Source of the DNA: Promethearchaeati archaeon
GTDB lineage: Archaea > Asgardarchaeota > Heimdallarchaeia > Heimdallarchaeales > Heimdallarchaeaceae
Assembly (NCBI GenBank): GCA_013166775.1
Contig: JABLTJ010000001.1
Span: forward strand, 1 to 64,000
Direction of reading: 5' to 3'
Length of the DNA stretch: 64,000 nucleotides
This document shows positions 10,244-19,822 of this stretch, piece by piece. Both the position numbers and the translations under genes were made by a program. Every line of letters begins with the position of its first letter. Positions within the stretch are counted from its first letter, which is position 1. The notes beneath the pieces are model-generated. The model saw only the letters and a list, made by a program, of their open reading frames with translations, was not told where the DNA came from and did not search any database.

Positions 10244-11029
10244 ATGACTTTTGAAATGGTCTTAGAAGACGCAAAATTAATGTCAAATATATGTTCTATT
10301 TTAAGCTCAATAGTAGCAGAAAGCAGTATTAATTTGACAGAAGATGGGATAAAGATCAAAGCATTTGATGCTACTCGCATATCTATGATCGACTTTTATA
10401 TGAAAAAAGAATCATTCAAACATTATGATGTAAAAAATTCAGAAGTAATTGGACTGAGCTTAGAAACACTTAATACTATCCTGAAGACTGCGAGCACAAG
10501 TGAAAGCCTAAGAATGGCATTGGATGATGCCACTAAAAGATTTATAATTGAATTCATTGGAAAAAATCAAAAAAGAAAGTTTGCTCTTTCTTTAATAGAT
10601 ATACCTGAAGAAGGCAATATTCCTGATTCTATACATATTGACTTTGATACTAATTTTGAGGTAAAGGCATCATTTATTCAGCAAGTAATAAAAGATGCAG
10701 AAATGGTTAGCGATTATTTGAGAATTAAGGCTAAAGAAGATGGAATATATTTTGGTGCTGAAAGCGATACAAAAGAGATGGATACTTTTATTGAACCACA
10801 AAGTGAAGAAATGGAAACTGAAGCTTTCCAAGTGACTGGTGAGTCTGAAGCAGTGTATTCTCTGGATTTTCTATCAAACTTTCTTAAAGGAATTAGGTCT
10901 TCTGATTATGTAAAAATATCCTTCAATCAAGAACAACCTATCAGAATAGTATATGAAATTGAAGATAAAGGTCATTTAATTTATTTTGTAGCTCCTAGAA
11001 TTGAAGAAAGCGAAGAGATCGAAGAATAA
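10244..11029 (+). CDS. pcn: DNA polymerase sliding clamp PCNA
   Basis: AFDATRISMI, YSLDFL, P.RI.Y and YFVAPRIE motifs. Confidence 0.95.
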   Translation: MTFEMVLEDAKLMSNICSILSSIVAESSINLTEDGIKIKAFDATRISMIDFYMKKESFKHYDVKNSEVIGLSLETLNTILKTASTSESLRMALDDATKRFIIEFIGKNQKRKFALSLIDIPEEGNIPDSIHIDFDTNFEVKASFIQQVIKDAEMVSDYLRIKAKEDGIYFGAESDTKEMDTFIEPQSEEMETEAFQVTGESEAVYSLDFLSNFLKGIRSSDYVKISFNQEQPIRIVYEIEDKGHLIYFVAPRIEESEEIEE

Positions 11030-11091
11030 GGAGATAGCTGAAATCAACTGCCGAGGGAGTAACTTTAATTAAATACAGATGAGGATGCCCA

Positions 11092-11664
11092 GTGTTCGAT
11101 AAAATTCAATCAAAGTGGAAAGAAGAACGTGAGAAGAACAATCTTACACCAATGTCAGAGGCGTTTTATGGTGCAATGAGGGATTTTCTGAAACAACGGA
11201 CTATTAAAGCTAAAGAGGAAATAAATCCTTTTATGAAAAAAATGCTTGAATCAAGATTGGATAGATTGAGGTATGTAATTAACGATCTAATCAAAATCAG
11301 AACTACAAAAATAATTAGAATGGTGACTAGTAAAGAAGAAATCACTGTCAGCACTACACGTGAAGAATCGGACTTTTACATTAGAATGAAGAAGATTTAT
11401 GATATATACAGAAAGGAAATATTCTCACCCAAAGATGTCGCTTTTACAGATATAGAAGCAATATTAGATGCAGAAGATACAGAGAAGGACGAAAAAATAG
11501 AATATGTGGCAGTTAGATTTCTTATAAGCACAAAAGATAAGATACAGGGTCTAGATGGTAGAACATATGGACCCTTTGCTAAAGAAGACGTTTGTCTTTT
11601 ACCAAAAGAAAATGCTATAGGTTTTGTACGTAGAGAAATTGCAGAGGATATTGATTTTAAATAA
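11092..11664 (+). CDS. GINS complex subunit Gins51/15 (helical A domain then beta B domain)
   Basis: L.PMSEAFY helical domain with R..KI; C-terminal GLDGRTYGPF..EDV..LP.ENA B domain; downstream of PCNA. Confidence 0.85.
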   Translation: MFDKIQSKWKEEREKNNLTPMSEAFYGAMRDFLKQRTIKAKEEINPFMKKMLESRLDRLRYVINDLIKIRTTKIIRMVTSKEEITVSTTREESDFYIRMKKIYDIYRKEIFSPKDVAFTDIEAILDAEDTEKDEKIEYVAVRFLISTKDKIQGLDGRTYGPFAKEDVCLLPKENAIGFVRREIAEDIDFK

Positions 11665-11683
11665 AAAGAACCTAATTAAGTTT

Positions 11684-11869
11684 CTAAGAAAGATTCTCTA
11701 AAATTTCACCTAGAATTTTAGCTTTACCACCACGAGGTTGTGCCAATTCAGCCTCACACACATTGCATTTTACAACTATTTTTGCTGAATCAAACACTAT
11801 TTGTTCATTATTACAACCTGGGCATTTTACCTTAAGAAAGCTTGTAGTTGGATAAGGTATTTTTGACAT
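11684..11869 (-). CDS. rps27e: 30S ribosomal protein eS27
   Basis: FLKVKCPGCNNEQIVF...C..C...LAQPRGGKAKI; ATG at 11869 preferred to the track start at 11923. Confidence 0.95.
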   Translation of the reverse strand: MSKIPYPTTSFLKVKCPGCNNEQIVFDSAKIVVKCNVCEAELAQPRGGKAKILGEILENLS

Positions 11870-11938
11870 GATTGTAGCAAAATAGATGGAATTTAAATGT
11901 CTTTTGATAAAAGGGAAAAACATAACCTAGGAAGGTAT

Positions 11939-12055
11939 TGGTGCGGGGAGGGAGATTCGAACTCCCGAACCACTAAGGATCCGGTTACTCATCTAGCCCT
12001 TATTTCAGATGATAAATCTTGAGCCGGACGCCGTTGACCGCTTGGCTATCCCCGC
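11939..12055 (-). tRNA. tRNA-Leu(CAA) with 32-nt intron at 37/38 (11986-12017)
   Basis: GCGGGGA/TCCCCGC acceptor stem, long variable arm, CCA end; BHB with CTCA/TGAG helix and 3-nt bulges. Confidence 0.95.
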
Positions 12056-12147
12056 TTAAATTAACTGATCAAGTTAATTGTATTTGTGCTATCCCCGTCT
12101 TCTTTTTAATATTTTCTCTTTGTTTGTAAATTATTAAAAATAAGAAA

Positions 12148-13404
12148 TTATGATGTTCTATATCTTCTTCTAGTTCTTCCAGAAAGACAATATACAACAA
12201 TTAATACAAAACCTAATCCCCACATGCTTAGTGAAGCTTCTTCTTCTCCATTAAAAACGACTAGTGTGGTATCTATGTTCTCATTCCCCCAATCATCGAC
12301 AACTGTAAGAGATACATTGTAATCTTCATGTGGCTCAACATTTACTTTGCATAACAATTCCAGTTCTGCATATGGACCCATTACGTTTCCATATTTGTCT
12401 AATTTGCTATTTACATAGCAATAGTAGTAGAGAGAAGATCTATCGGATACAAAAAAAGGTACTGTAATTGATTCATTTTCTTCTGTAAAATAAATAATAT
12501 CATAGTTGTGGATTGTGGGTGCAATAATATCATCCTCCCATTGATACTTTTCGTTATTCAAAATATAATCAGTTGCATTTAATGACAACTCATAATAGAT
12601 ATTATCAACTACTGTTGGAAAAGGATAATTTTCTGTAAACCCTGCAGTGAATCTAATTAAATCCGCAATATTTGGATAACTCTCAAACGTTTCGTTGTAA
12701 CTTTCTCTGATTAATGGAAGAGAATATTCATACATCTCATCAATACTTACAACACCATCTCTAGATAGATCCGCATTTATGTCTTTCATTGTTTTCGCCC
12801 AGAAATGAGATGAAATACCTCCAACAAAAGGTGGTTCACTTAAAACCCATGTGTCATTTTCTGGTGTACAGGTGATAGCATAACTATCCTCACCTACACT
12901 ACCCATCGCAAACAAATTTCCATAGAAATTCTTGATGAATTCCCCAGTAAAGCAAGTTTCCATGAAGATTACTTTATTGCTGGTTCCTATGTCATTAAAT
13001 TCTTTCTGAAACCAGTCATTGAAATTCAGAACATCACGACAATAAGTATGGCCATGAGCTGTAATATAAACAAAAACTAAATCATTCTCATCTACATTTT
13101 CTTCTAAATAATCTAGTTGCTCGAGGAATATTTCTTCTGTGATATTTTCTTCCCCTAGAAATAATGTGATATTTTCATCCTGCCACCCCAATTCTATCAA
13201 GCTACTTCTTATTTCAATCGATGAGCATAAAGTTTCATCGTTTACGACATAAGGAAATTGGTCGAAAAGTAAAGCATAGGTACTTATTGGATTATATTTT
13301 TCCTGAAAAATGTTTGAAGGTGTTAATGATGTTGAATCAAGCGAAAAACTAATGGAAGTAAGTAATAATGCTAAAGTTAAGAAGTGATATATGCTCATTT
13401 TCAT
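12148..13404 (-). CDS. Secreted, C-terminally anchored clan CD (caspase/legumain-like) cysteine peptidase
   Basis: N-terminal signal peptide; DLVFVYITAHG (His) and KVIFMETCFTG (Cys) dyad; D.S.DG.VSIDE motif; C-terminal TM helix followed by RTRRRYRTS. Confidence 0.75.
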   Translation of the reverse strand: MKMSIYHFLTLALLLTSISFSLDSTSLTPSNIFQEKYNPISTYALLFDQFPYVVNDETLCSSIEIRSSLIELGWQDENITLFLGEENITEEIFLEQLDYLEENVDENDLVFVYITAHGHTYCRDVLNFNDWFQKEFNDIGTSNKVIFMETCFTGEFIKNFYGNLFAMGSVGEDSYAITCTPENDTWVLSEPPFVGGISSHFWAKTMKDINADLSRDGVVSIDEMYEYSLPLIRESYNETFESYPNIADLIRFTAGFTENYPFPTVVDNIYYELSLNATDYILNNEKYQWEDDIIAPTIHNYDIIYFTEENESITVPFFVSDRSSLYYYCYVNSKLDKYGNVMGPYAELELLCKVNVEPHEDYNVSLTVVDDWGNENIDTTLVVFNGEEEASLSMWGLGFVLIVVYCLSGRTRRRYRTS

Positions 13405-13463
13405 ACGCTCAACTCATGCACTTATATTGGTATCGAACTCAATTGCATAGGATTAACCACGAG

Positions 13464-14645
13464 TCATAGTTTGAGTAAAATCATGTCTTCTTGCCTTTTA
13501 GAGAGAAATTCACATCCGGTTTTTGTTACAATAACATCTTCTTCCACGCTGCAAAAACCATGGTTTTCGATGAATACATGAAGCTCCAAGGTAAATGTCT
13601 GTCCCTCCTCTATTGTTTGAAAAGGTGAGTTTCCATATTTTTCCCAACGTGGTCCTAGAAGACAGCCACCATCATGAACATTTCTTCCAATTTGGTGACC
13701 CAACGCATGTTTAAATTCTTCATATCCTGCATCAGTGATAATTTTCCTTGATACGAAATCTACTTCCCATCCCTTCAATCCTGGTTTGAGCTTCTCGGCT
13801 CCTGCAGATATTGCTTTTATTACAAAATCAAAAGCTTTCTCAACTTCTTTTGGAGGGGAATCTTCATTTTCTTTTAATACATAGTGAACTCGTTGGATAT
13901 CTGAAGCATAACCATCGTAAAAAACTCCATAATCAATATTAATCAGATCACCTTGTTTCACGACTACTTCTGAAGTTGCTTTTCCGTGGCCAATAGTTGT
14001 TTCTGATCCCACATTTATCAAGGGTTGATATGAAACTGTAACATTATTTTCTTCTGTAAATTTCAACAAGATACTCTCAAGATCCTGTTCAGTCATACCT
14101 AATTTTACTGACTCAGCAAGATGTTTGTGTCCCCTTTCACTGATTTCAACAGCTTTTCTTATTTTTTCCAATTCTAAAGGGGTCTTTCTTCCTCTCAATG
14201 CTGCGAGTAAATTGTCTGAAGATATCAATCTGTCTTTGTAAGGAGTGTTTTCCAGAAATTTATTCAATCTCAACCATAAACCATGTGTTAAGCCATCAGC
14301 TGCTACATTGTCCTCAGAATAGTTAATTGCAATAGAATTGGGGTCTATTTCATCTAATACTCTTAATAAATCGGGTTGAAGGCTCTCATCAAAACTTATT
14401 ATTTCATCATATATATCTATCATCTCTATATTTGGAACGTCATAACGACCACAGATTACGGTTTTTCTTCCATCTTTACTAATTAAGAACATTGTTTGCC
14501 AAGTTAGCCAAGAATCTTCAGTAAGGAAGTATAAACAAGGATCATGAATTTCAGAAGTTTTTCTGACATAGGTTAGCCATAAATCTATTTCTAATTCGTT
14601 TAAAATATCTACAACTTGATCTGTTTTTTGCTTTACAATACTCAT
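13464..14645 (-). CDS. Xaa-Pro aminopeptidase family (M24)
   Basis: IDYG...GYASDIQR, HALGHQIG..VHD, TLE and EEDV metal ligands. Confidence 0.92.
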   Translation of the reverse strand: MSIVKQKTDQVVDILNELEIDLWLTYVRKTSEIHDPCLYFLTEDSWLTWQTMFLISKDGRKTVICGRYDVPNIEMIDIYDEIISFDESLQPDLLRVLDEIDPNSIAINYSEDNVAADGLTHGLWLRLNKFLENTPYKDRLISSDNLLAALRGRKTPLELEKIRKAVEISERGHKHLAESVKLGMTEQDLESILLKFTEENNVTVSYQPLINVGSETTIGHGKATSEVVVKQGDLINIDYGVFYDGYASDIQRVHYVLKENEDSPPKEVEKAFDFVIKAISAGAEKLKPGLKGWEVDFVSRKIITDAGYEEFKHALGHQIGRNVHDGGCLLGPRWEKYGNSPFQTIEEGQTFTLELHVFIENHGFCSVEEDVIVTKTGCEFLSKRQEDMILLKL

Positions 14646-14818
14646 TTCAAACAGGTATGCTCATCCCTCTTTTTGTATTTTCCTCTGTAAACATCATCTA
14701 TTATGTTAAAAGAAAACGATATACTCAGCAAAGGATAAAAAAAACGTTTCATAAGAGAAAGTTAAAGAATGTTTAAATACATAATATTTTGTAAGTTGAT
14801 GGTCAATAGCTTTCACGC

Positions 14819-15445
14819 GTGAGAATGCCAATGTCTAAAGAAGATGTCAGTAAATCAGGGGAAAATGAAGATGTCAGTTCAAGCAAAATGACATCCAAAA
14901 TCAATATTTCTGAAAGGCAAAGGCAAACCCTGATTGAGGTTGTGGATGATATAGCTGGTGAAGAAGTAAAAAAAGTTACTTTAGTTTTATTAAACGTAGA
15001 TGAAGAAACAACCGATGAGGAAATATCAGAAAAACTAGATATGAGATTAAATCAGGTACGAAAATCTCTTTACAAGTTATATGATCTCCAATTAGCTACT
15101 TTTAGAAGAATAAGAGATAAATCTACTGGATGGTTTGTTTATTTTTGGACTCTTCATCCTGAAAGAATTGATATGTTTGTAGAAAAGAAACAACAAGAAG
15201 TATTAGAAAAACTACAGTCAAGATTGGATTATGAAGAATCTAATATGTTTTTCACATGTAACAATCCTGAATGTCCTCGAGTTATTTTTCAGGAAGCAAT
15301 GGATCAAAATTTTGAATGTGATCGTTGTGGAGGTCGGTTAGAAGCTTTTGACAATGAACAACTTATCACTGTTCTAAAAGAAAAAATCGTGGAACTAGAG
15401 GAAATCAAAGATAAAACACAGAAAATAATGAAAGGTGAAAAATAA
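14819..15445 (+). CDS. tfe: Transcription factor E, alpha subunit
   Basis: TDEEIS...LNQVRKSLYKL...RD..TGWF.YFW winged helix plus Zn ribbon (F.C..CGG.L...DN). Confidence 0.93.
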   Translation: MRMPMSKEDVSKSGENEDVSSSKMTSKINISERQRQTLIEVVDDIAGEEVKKVTLVLLNVDEETTDEEISEKLDMRLNQVRKSLYKLYDLQLATFRRIRDKSTGWFVYFWTLHPERIDMFVEKKQQEVLEKLQSRLDYEESNMFFTCNNPECPRVIFQEAMDQNFECDRCGGRLEAFDNEQLITVLKEKIVELEEIKDKTQKIMKGEK

Positions 15446-15458
15446 ACAAATTCCCAAA

Positions 15459-16143
15459 TTATTTTCTAAGTCTTTCTTGTATAGTATCACTTTCAAGTTC
15501 TTTTATTGCATTTCTTGCAATCCATTTTGAGCTCTTTGATTCCAATACAAGTATTTTCTTTGCAACTTCACATGCTTTTATGTTGAGTAATAAGTTTCGT
15601 TTTCCTATCTGTCTTAATGCCCAATTAATCGCCTTTTTTACATTATTTCTATCATCTACAGATTCTTTCTTAATATACGTGAAAAATGTTTCAAATTTAC
15701 TATTCTCAGCTTTCGTGTCCTTCCATGCTAGAACTGCCATCAATGCGAATGCTGCACGTTTTACAAATTCCTCTTTTCTGGAGCTCCATTCAATTGCTTT
15801 TTCATACGCGAATTTCGTTAAATAAAACAAGTTCATACATGTTTGATCTACGCCCTCCCAATAAGAGAAATATTCTGAAATAACCCACCTTTCCATTTGC
15901 TTTTCTGTTACTTGAGTGGGATTGTCAATCATTGTTGCAAGAATCATCGTCTCTCTAAAGCCTAGTTCCCATAATTCTTGTGCTAAATCGTGATTTGTTC
16001 TGATTTTTTTTTACCATTTTTCTAAGAATGGGAATCTTTACACCAAACACTTTATTTGGGTTTATTCCACTCCTCTTCATTCCTTCAATACTACTTGGAT
16101 CATAAAAGGATTTCAACTCTTCTAGTATTTCTTTACTATTCAT
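15459..16143 (-). pseudogene. AlkD-like DNA alkylation repair protein split by a frameshift in an A9 run (16004-16012)
   Basis: ORFs 15955-16161 and 15459-15947 join if one A is removed: ...GVKIPILRKMVKKIRTNHDLAQELWELGFRETMILATMID...; C-terminal VKKAINWALRQIGKRN. Confidence 0.8.
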
Positions 16144-16262
16144 GCGTATCTCAAGAAACAATTGTTTTTTAGATATAAACTTGTTACTGAATATTTAAAT
16201 CAATAAAGTTTTATTTACCAAAATTCTTATTTTCAATATCTTTCATAAGTGGTGTTCATATT

Positions 16263-16811
16263 ATGATATTGGATCTTGCACAAGTACAGGAAGAAGTTCA
16301 AAATGCAGGTTTGAGTGGTTTAATAATAAAATTAGATCATGTAGCTTATCGTGTGGAAAAAGGAAAAAGAGAAAAAACTATGGTCGAGCTCGCAAGTTTG
16401 GTACCTTATCATGAATTCAAAACCTTCAAAGTAATTCCAATGAATGCAATAACAAGTTGTATCAAATTATATGATACATTACCAGTTATTGTTGTGAGTG
16501 AGGGGTTAACAGAAGATTCTATAGTTGAGAAATATGTTAAGAAGTATGGCGGACGGATACATCACCTAGCCTATTTAGTTAGTGATATTGATAAAGTTGT
16601 AGAGATTCAAAGAAAAAGAGGAGTGAAGTTTACTACTGATCATATCATAGGAAGTGTAGAAGAAGGTATAAAACAAATATTTACCTTACCCACAGAAACT
16701 GCAAACCATATAATAGAGTACATACAGCGATTTGGAGATTTTGACGGTTTCTTTACTCCTTCAAACATTGGATCTTTAATGAAATCAACTGAAAAATTGG
16801 GTGAAGCTTAG
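16263..16811 (+). CDS. VOC-family metalloprotein resembling the C-terminal domain of 4-hydroxyphenylpyruvate dioxygenase
   Basis: DHVAY, IHHLAY, QIFT and EYIQR...GFF...N...LM.S motifs giving a His/His/Glu metal triad. Confidence 0.7.
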   Translation: MILDLAQVQEEVQNAGLSGLIIKLDHVAYRVEKGKREKTMVELASLVPYHEFKTFKVIPMNAITSCIKLYDTLPVIVVSEGLTEDSIVEKYVKKYGGRIHHLAYLVSDIDKVVEIQRKRGVKFTTDHIIGSVEEGIKQIFTLPTETANHIIEYIQRFGDFDGFFTPSNIGSLMKSTEKLGEA

Positions 16812-16858
16812 GATAGGAAAAATTTATCTTCTAAAACTAGAATATAAAAACGATAAAC

Positions 16859-17380
16859 ATGAAAAAATTACAAGAAAATCCTTCCTCTGCTCTTTATCCT
16901 AATCCTGTTATGCTTGTTTCTTCTTCCTATAAAGGAAAAGACTCTATAATAACACTAGCTTGGGGTGGTACACTCAGTTCATCACCTCCTACTGTTGGAA
17001 TAGCTATTAGAAAAAACAGATTTTCATATGATTTAATTGCAAATTCCAAAGAATTTGTTGTTAATATACCTACAACTGAGATGTTAGAAGAAGTAGAGCT
17101 TTGCGGAACAGAATCAGGACGAGATGTCGATAAGTGGAAGGGATGTAATTTCACCAAAGGACAAGGTACCATTGTAGAAACACCGCTTATTGTTGAATGT
17201 CCTGTTAGCATAGAATGTAAACTCTTCAAAATAGTTGAGCTTGGATCACATGATTTATTCTTAGGTGAAGTAGTAGCCTTGCACTTGGACGAAGAATGGA
17301 AACAAGACAAATTCCCTAATATGCTTACATATACAAGGGGAGTTTATAACAAGTGTGAAAAAACTGATAAAATACTGTAA
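16859..17380 (+). CDS. Flavin reductase-like FMN-binding protein
   Basis: LYPNPV.LV, EFVVNIP, CG..SGRD.DK, ECPV.IEC and GSHDLFLGEV motifs. Confidence 0.9.
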   Translation: MKKLQENPSSALYPNPVMLVSSSYKGKDSIITLAWGGTLSSSPPTVGIAIRKNRFSYDLIANSKEFVVNIPTTEMLEEVELCGTESGRDVDKWKGCNFTKGQGTIVETPLIVECPVSIECKLFKIVELGSHDLFLGEVVALHLDEEWKQDKFPNMLTYTRGVYNKCEKTDKIL

Positions 17381-17382
17381 TG

Positions 17383-17459
17383 TGGTGGCAGAACAGGGAT
17401 TTGAACCCTGGTTCCTTTGCTCCCGAAGCAAAAATCTTGCCAAGCTAGACCATCCTGCC
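17383..17459 (-). tRNA. tRNA-Pro(CGG)
   Basis: Minus strand GGCAGGA/TTCTGCC acceptor stem, TTTGC-TTCGGGA-GCAAA anticodon arm, GGTTCAAATCC, ACCA end. Confidence 0.92.
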
Positions 17460-17537
17460 TTCTTTTACATTACATAATTATTGTTCTTTTCTATCTTATT
17501 TTTTTTAATTAAAAAAATTATGACGTAGTCATATATT

Positions 17538-18350
17538 TTGATTCTTCAACTAAAAAATTATAACATACAATGTTTAACGATGTTACTAATGCCTATCCAC
17601 ATAGAAAGCCCTTTTACAATCAGGAAATTAAAAACACCTGGTAATGCAGTATACATAGTTGTCGATACATTTAGAGCTACTAGCTCTTTGGTTACTCTGA
17701 AAAATTCTGGTGTGGAAAACATAATTGTTGTTAAAGAAGGCTCTTTTGCAAAAAAACTTAGAAAAGAAAACTTTCCCAACTATTTCTTAATAGGTGAAGA
17801 AGGTGGATTGAAAATTCATGGATTTGATTATGGAAATTCTCCTTCCTTATTCCACAACCAAGATTTTAGAAAGAAGAATGTTATTTTCACATCCACAAGT
17901 GGAGCAAAAACAATTCTAATATTAAAACCACACAAACATGTCTTTTTAGGTTCATTAGTTAATCTTAATAGAATATCGACAGAGGTTGTTTCAATACTAA
18001 ATGAGGAAAAATCTGATCTTTACATCATTCCCGCAGGATATTATAAGGATGAGAATGCATATACAGTTGAAGATTGGGTTACTAGTCTTTTAATTGCACA
18101 CAAGGTTATTGAGAGAACAAATGATTATATTGAAAGCAAAAATGAATTCTTTCTTAAAACAAAACAGCTGCATGAAAAAAATTCGAACATAGTACATTTA
18201 CTGAAAAATTCTCCAAATGCAAAACGTCTAAGAAAACTTGGATTCGCAGATGATGTTAATTTTGCTCTTTCCATTAATATAATAGATAATTTTCTGAAAG
18301 TTAAAAAATGGGAGAATTATGGTGAAATAAACTGTATAGTTTTAGAATAA
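17538..18350 (+). CDS. 2-phosphosulfolactate phosphatase (ComB) family protein
   Basis: VVDTFRATS, GEEGG.KI.GFDYGNSP, STSG and ED motifs; true start may be slightly downstream. Confidence 0.85.
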   Translation: MILQLKNYNIQCLTMLLMPIHIESPFTIRKLKTPGNAVYIVVDTFRATSSLVTLKNSGVENIIVVKEGSFAKKLRKENFPNYFLIGEEGGLKIHGFDYGNSPSLFHNQDFRKKNVIFTSTSGAKTILILKPHKHVFLGSLVNLNRISTEVVSILNEEKSDLYIIPAGYYKDENAYTVEDWVTSLLIAHKVIERTNDYIESKNEFFLKTKQLHEKNSNIVHLLKNSPNAKRLRKLGFADDVNFALSINIIDNFLKVKKWENYGEINCIVLE

Positions 18351-18371
18351 AATAAAAGAAATGGAAGATAT

Positions 18372-19820
18372 CTACACATCGATAGCGTTGAAATCTGTTT
18401 TTTCATCTCGTTTTTCTGGATGAAACTTATCTATGTATTCTGAAGGAATTCTTTTAAGAACTCTATAAGGGTTATCAAAGATTGTCAATAACTCCCAACC
18501 AATATCGAGAGATTCAAAGATTGATCTATCTTCGTGATAGTCTTGATTAATGAATTTCTCTTCAAAACGTTCGGCAAATTCCAACACTTTTTTATCAGTC
18601 TCTGAGAGTGACTCATCACCCACTACTGCTACGAGATCTCTCAAGTCTCTACCTGTCGCATAGAGTGCATAAAGCTGATCTGCAACATATTTGTGATCGT
18701 CTCGAGTGGATCCTTTACCTATCGTATCTTTCATCAATCTTGAAAGTGAAGGTAATGGATTGATAGGTGGATAAAGCCCTTTACGATTTAGGGCAATATC
18801 TACATACACTTGCCCTTCTGTGATATAGCCAGTAAGGTCAGGGACTGGATGAGTGATATCATAATTTGGTAGCGTTAAGATAGGTATTTGAGTGATAGAA
18901 CCCAATTTTTCGTGAATTCTCCCTGCTCTTTCATAGATTGTGGAAAAATCAGAATACATGTATCCTGGATAACCACGCCTACTAGGAACTTCACTTCTGG
19001 CTGCTGCTACTTCACGAAGAGACTCTGCATACGCTGTAATATCGGTTAGAATTACTAAAACATGATAATTATGCTCAAATGCAAGGTGTTCTGCAACAGT
19101 TAATGCTAATCGAGGAGTCAGTAGTCGCTCAATTGCGGGATCATCTGCCAAATTCAGGAAAAGAGCTACTCTATCAAGTGCTCCTGTCTCTTCGAAATCA
19201 TCTCTAAAGAATCGAGCCTCATCAGCTGTGATTCCCATAGCGCAAAAGATAACTGCAAATTCTTCTTCTGTTCCTAAAACCTTTGCTTGACGAGCAATTT
19301 GTGCTGCAAGCATATTGTGCGGTAATCCACTACCACTAAATAATGGAAGTTTTTGACCTCGTACAAGAGTAAGTAGAGTATCAATGGTACTTATTCCGGT
19401 CTGAATGAATTCTTTAGGATATCTACGAGCAGAGGGATTTATTGGTGATCCTGTAACATCAAGGATTTTATCTGGTATGATTCCTCCTCCACCATCAATT
19501 GGTTCACCTCTTCCATTGAAAACTCGTCCAAGCATTTCACGGCTCACACCAATTTTCATTGTCTCTCCAAGAAAACGACAGACTGTATCTTTAGTTTCCA
19601 ATCCTGAAGTTCCTTCAAAACACTGAATAATAGCTAAATTTTTTGAAATATCTAGAACTTGTCCTCTTCGTCTTTCGCCACTAGTTGTAGTGATTTCAGC
19701 GATTTCTCCGTAACTTACTCCACCCATTCCCTTCAAATCTACAAACATTAGGGGTCCTGAAACTTCAGTAACAGTCTTAAATTCTCTTGCTTCATATTGT
19801 TTAACGGTCATCATAAACAC
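18372..19820 (-). CDS. atpB: A/V-type ATP synthase subunit B
   Basis: [33 protein letters not shown] and [11 protein letters not shown] motifs. Confidence 0.97.
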   Translation of the reverse strand: MFMMTVKQYEAREFKTVTEVSGPLMFVDLKGMGGVSYGEIAEITTTSGERRRGQVLDISKNLAIIQCFEGTSGLETKDTVCRFLGETMKIGVSREMLGRVFNGRGEPIDGGGGIIPDKILDVTGSPINPSARRYPKEFIQTGISTIDTLLTLVRGQKLPLFSGSGLPHNMLAAQIARQAKVLGTEEEFAVIFCAMGITADEARFFRDDFEETGALDRVALFLNLADDPAIERLLTPRLALTVAEHLAFEHNYHVLVILTDITAYAESLREVAAARSEVPSRRGYPGYMYSDFSTIYERAGRIHEKLGSITQIPILTLPNYDITHPVPDLTGYITEGQVYVDIALNRKGLYPPINPLPSLSRLMKDTIGKGSTRDDHKYVADQLYALYATGRDLRDLVAVVGDESLSETDKKVLEFAERFEEKFINQDYHEDRSIFESLDIGWELLTIFDNPYRVLKRIPSEYIDKFHPEKRDEKTDFNAIDV

Positions 19821-19822
19821 CT

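Noticed and set aside
11986-12017. Box C/D guide RNA inside the tRNA-Leu(CAA) intron (CTGA and ATGA present)
   Set aside because: Only 32 nt long, the boxes are incomplete and in the wrong order, and TGAG is explained by BHB pairing.
17261-17443. 60-aa minus-strand ORF
   Set aside because: It overlaps tRNA-Pro and is antisense to the flavin reductase gene.
17538-18350. Coenzyme M biosynthesis or methanogenesis inferred from ComB
   Set aside because: ComB-family phosphatases are widespread, and no other com or mcr genes are in the window.
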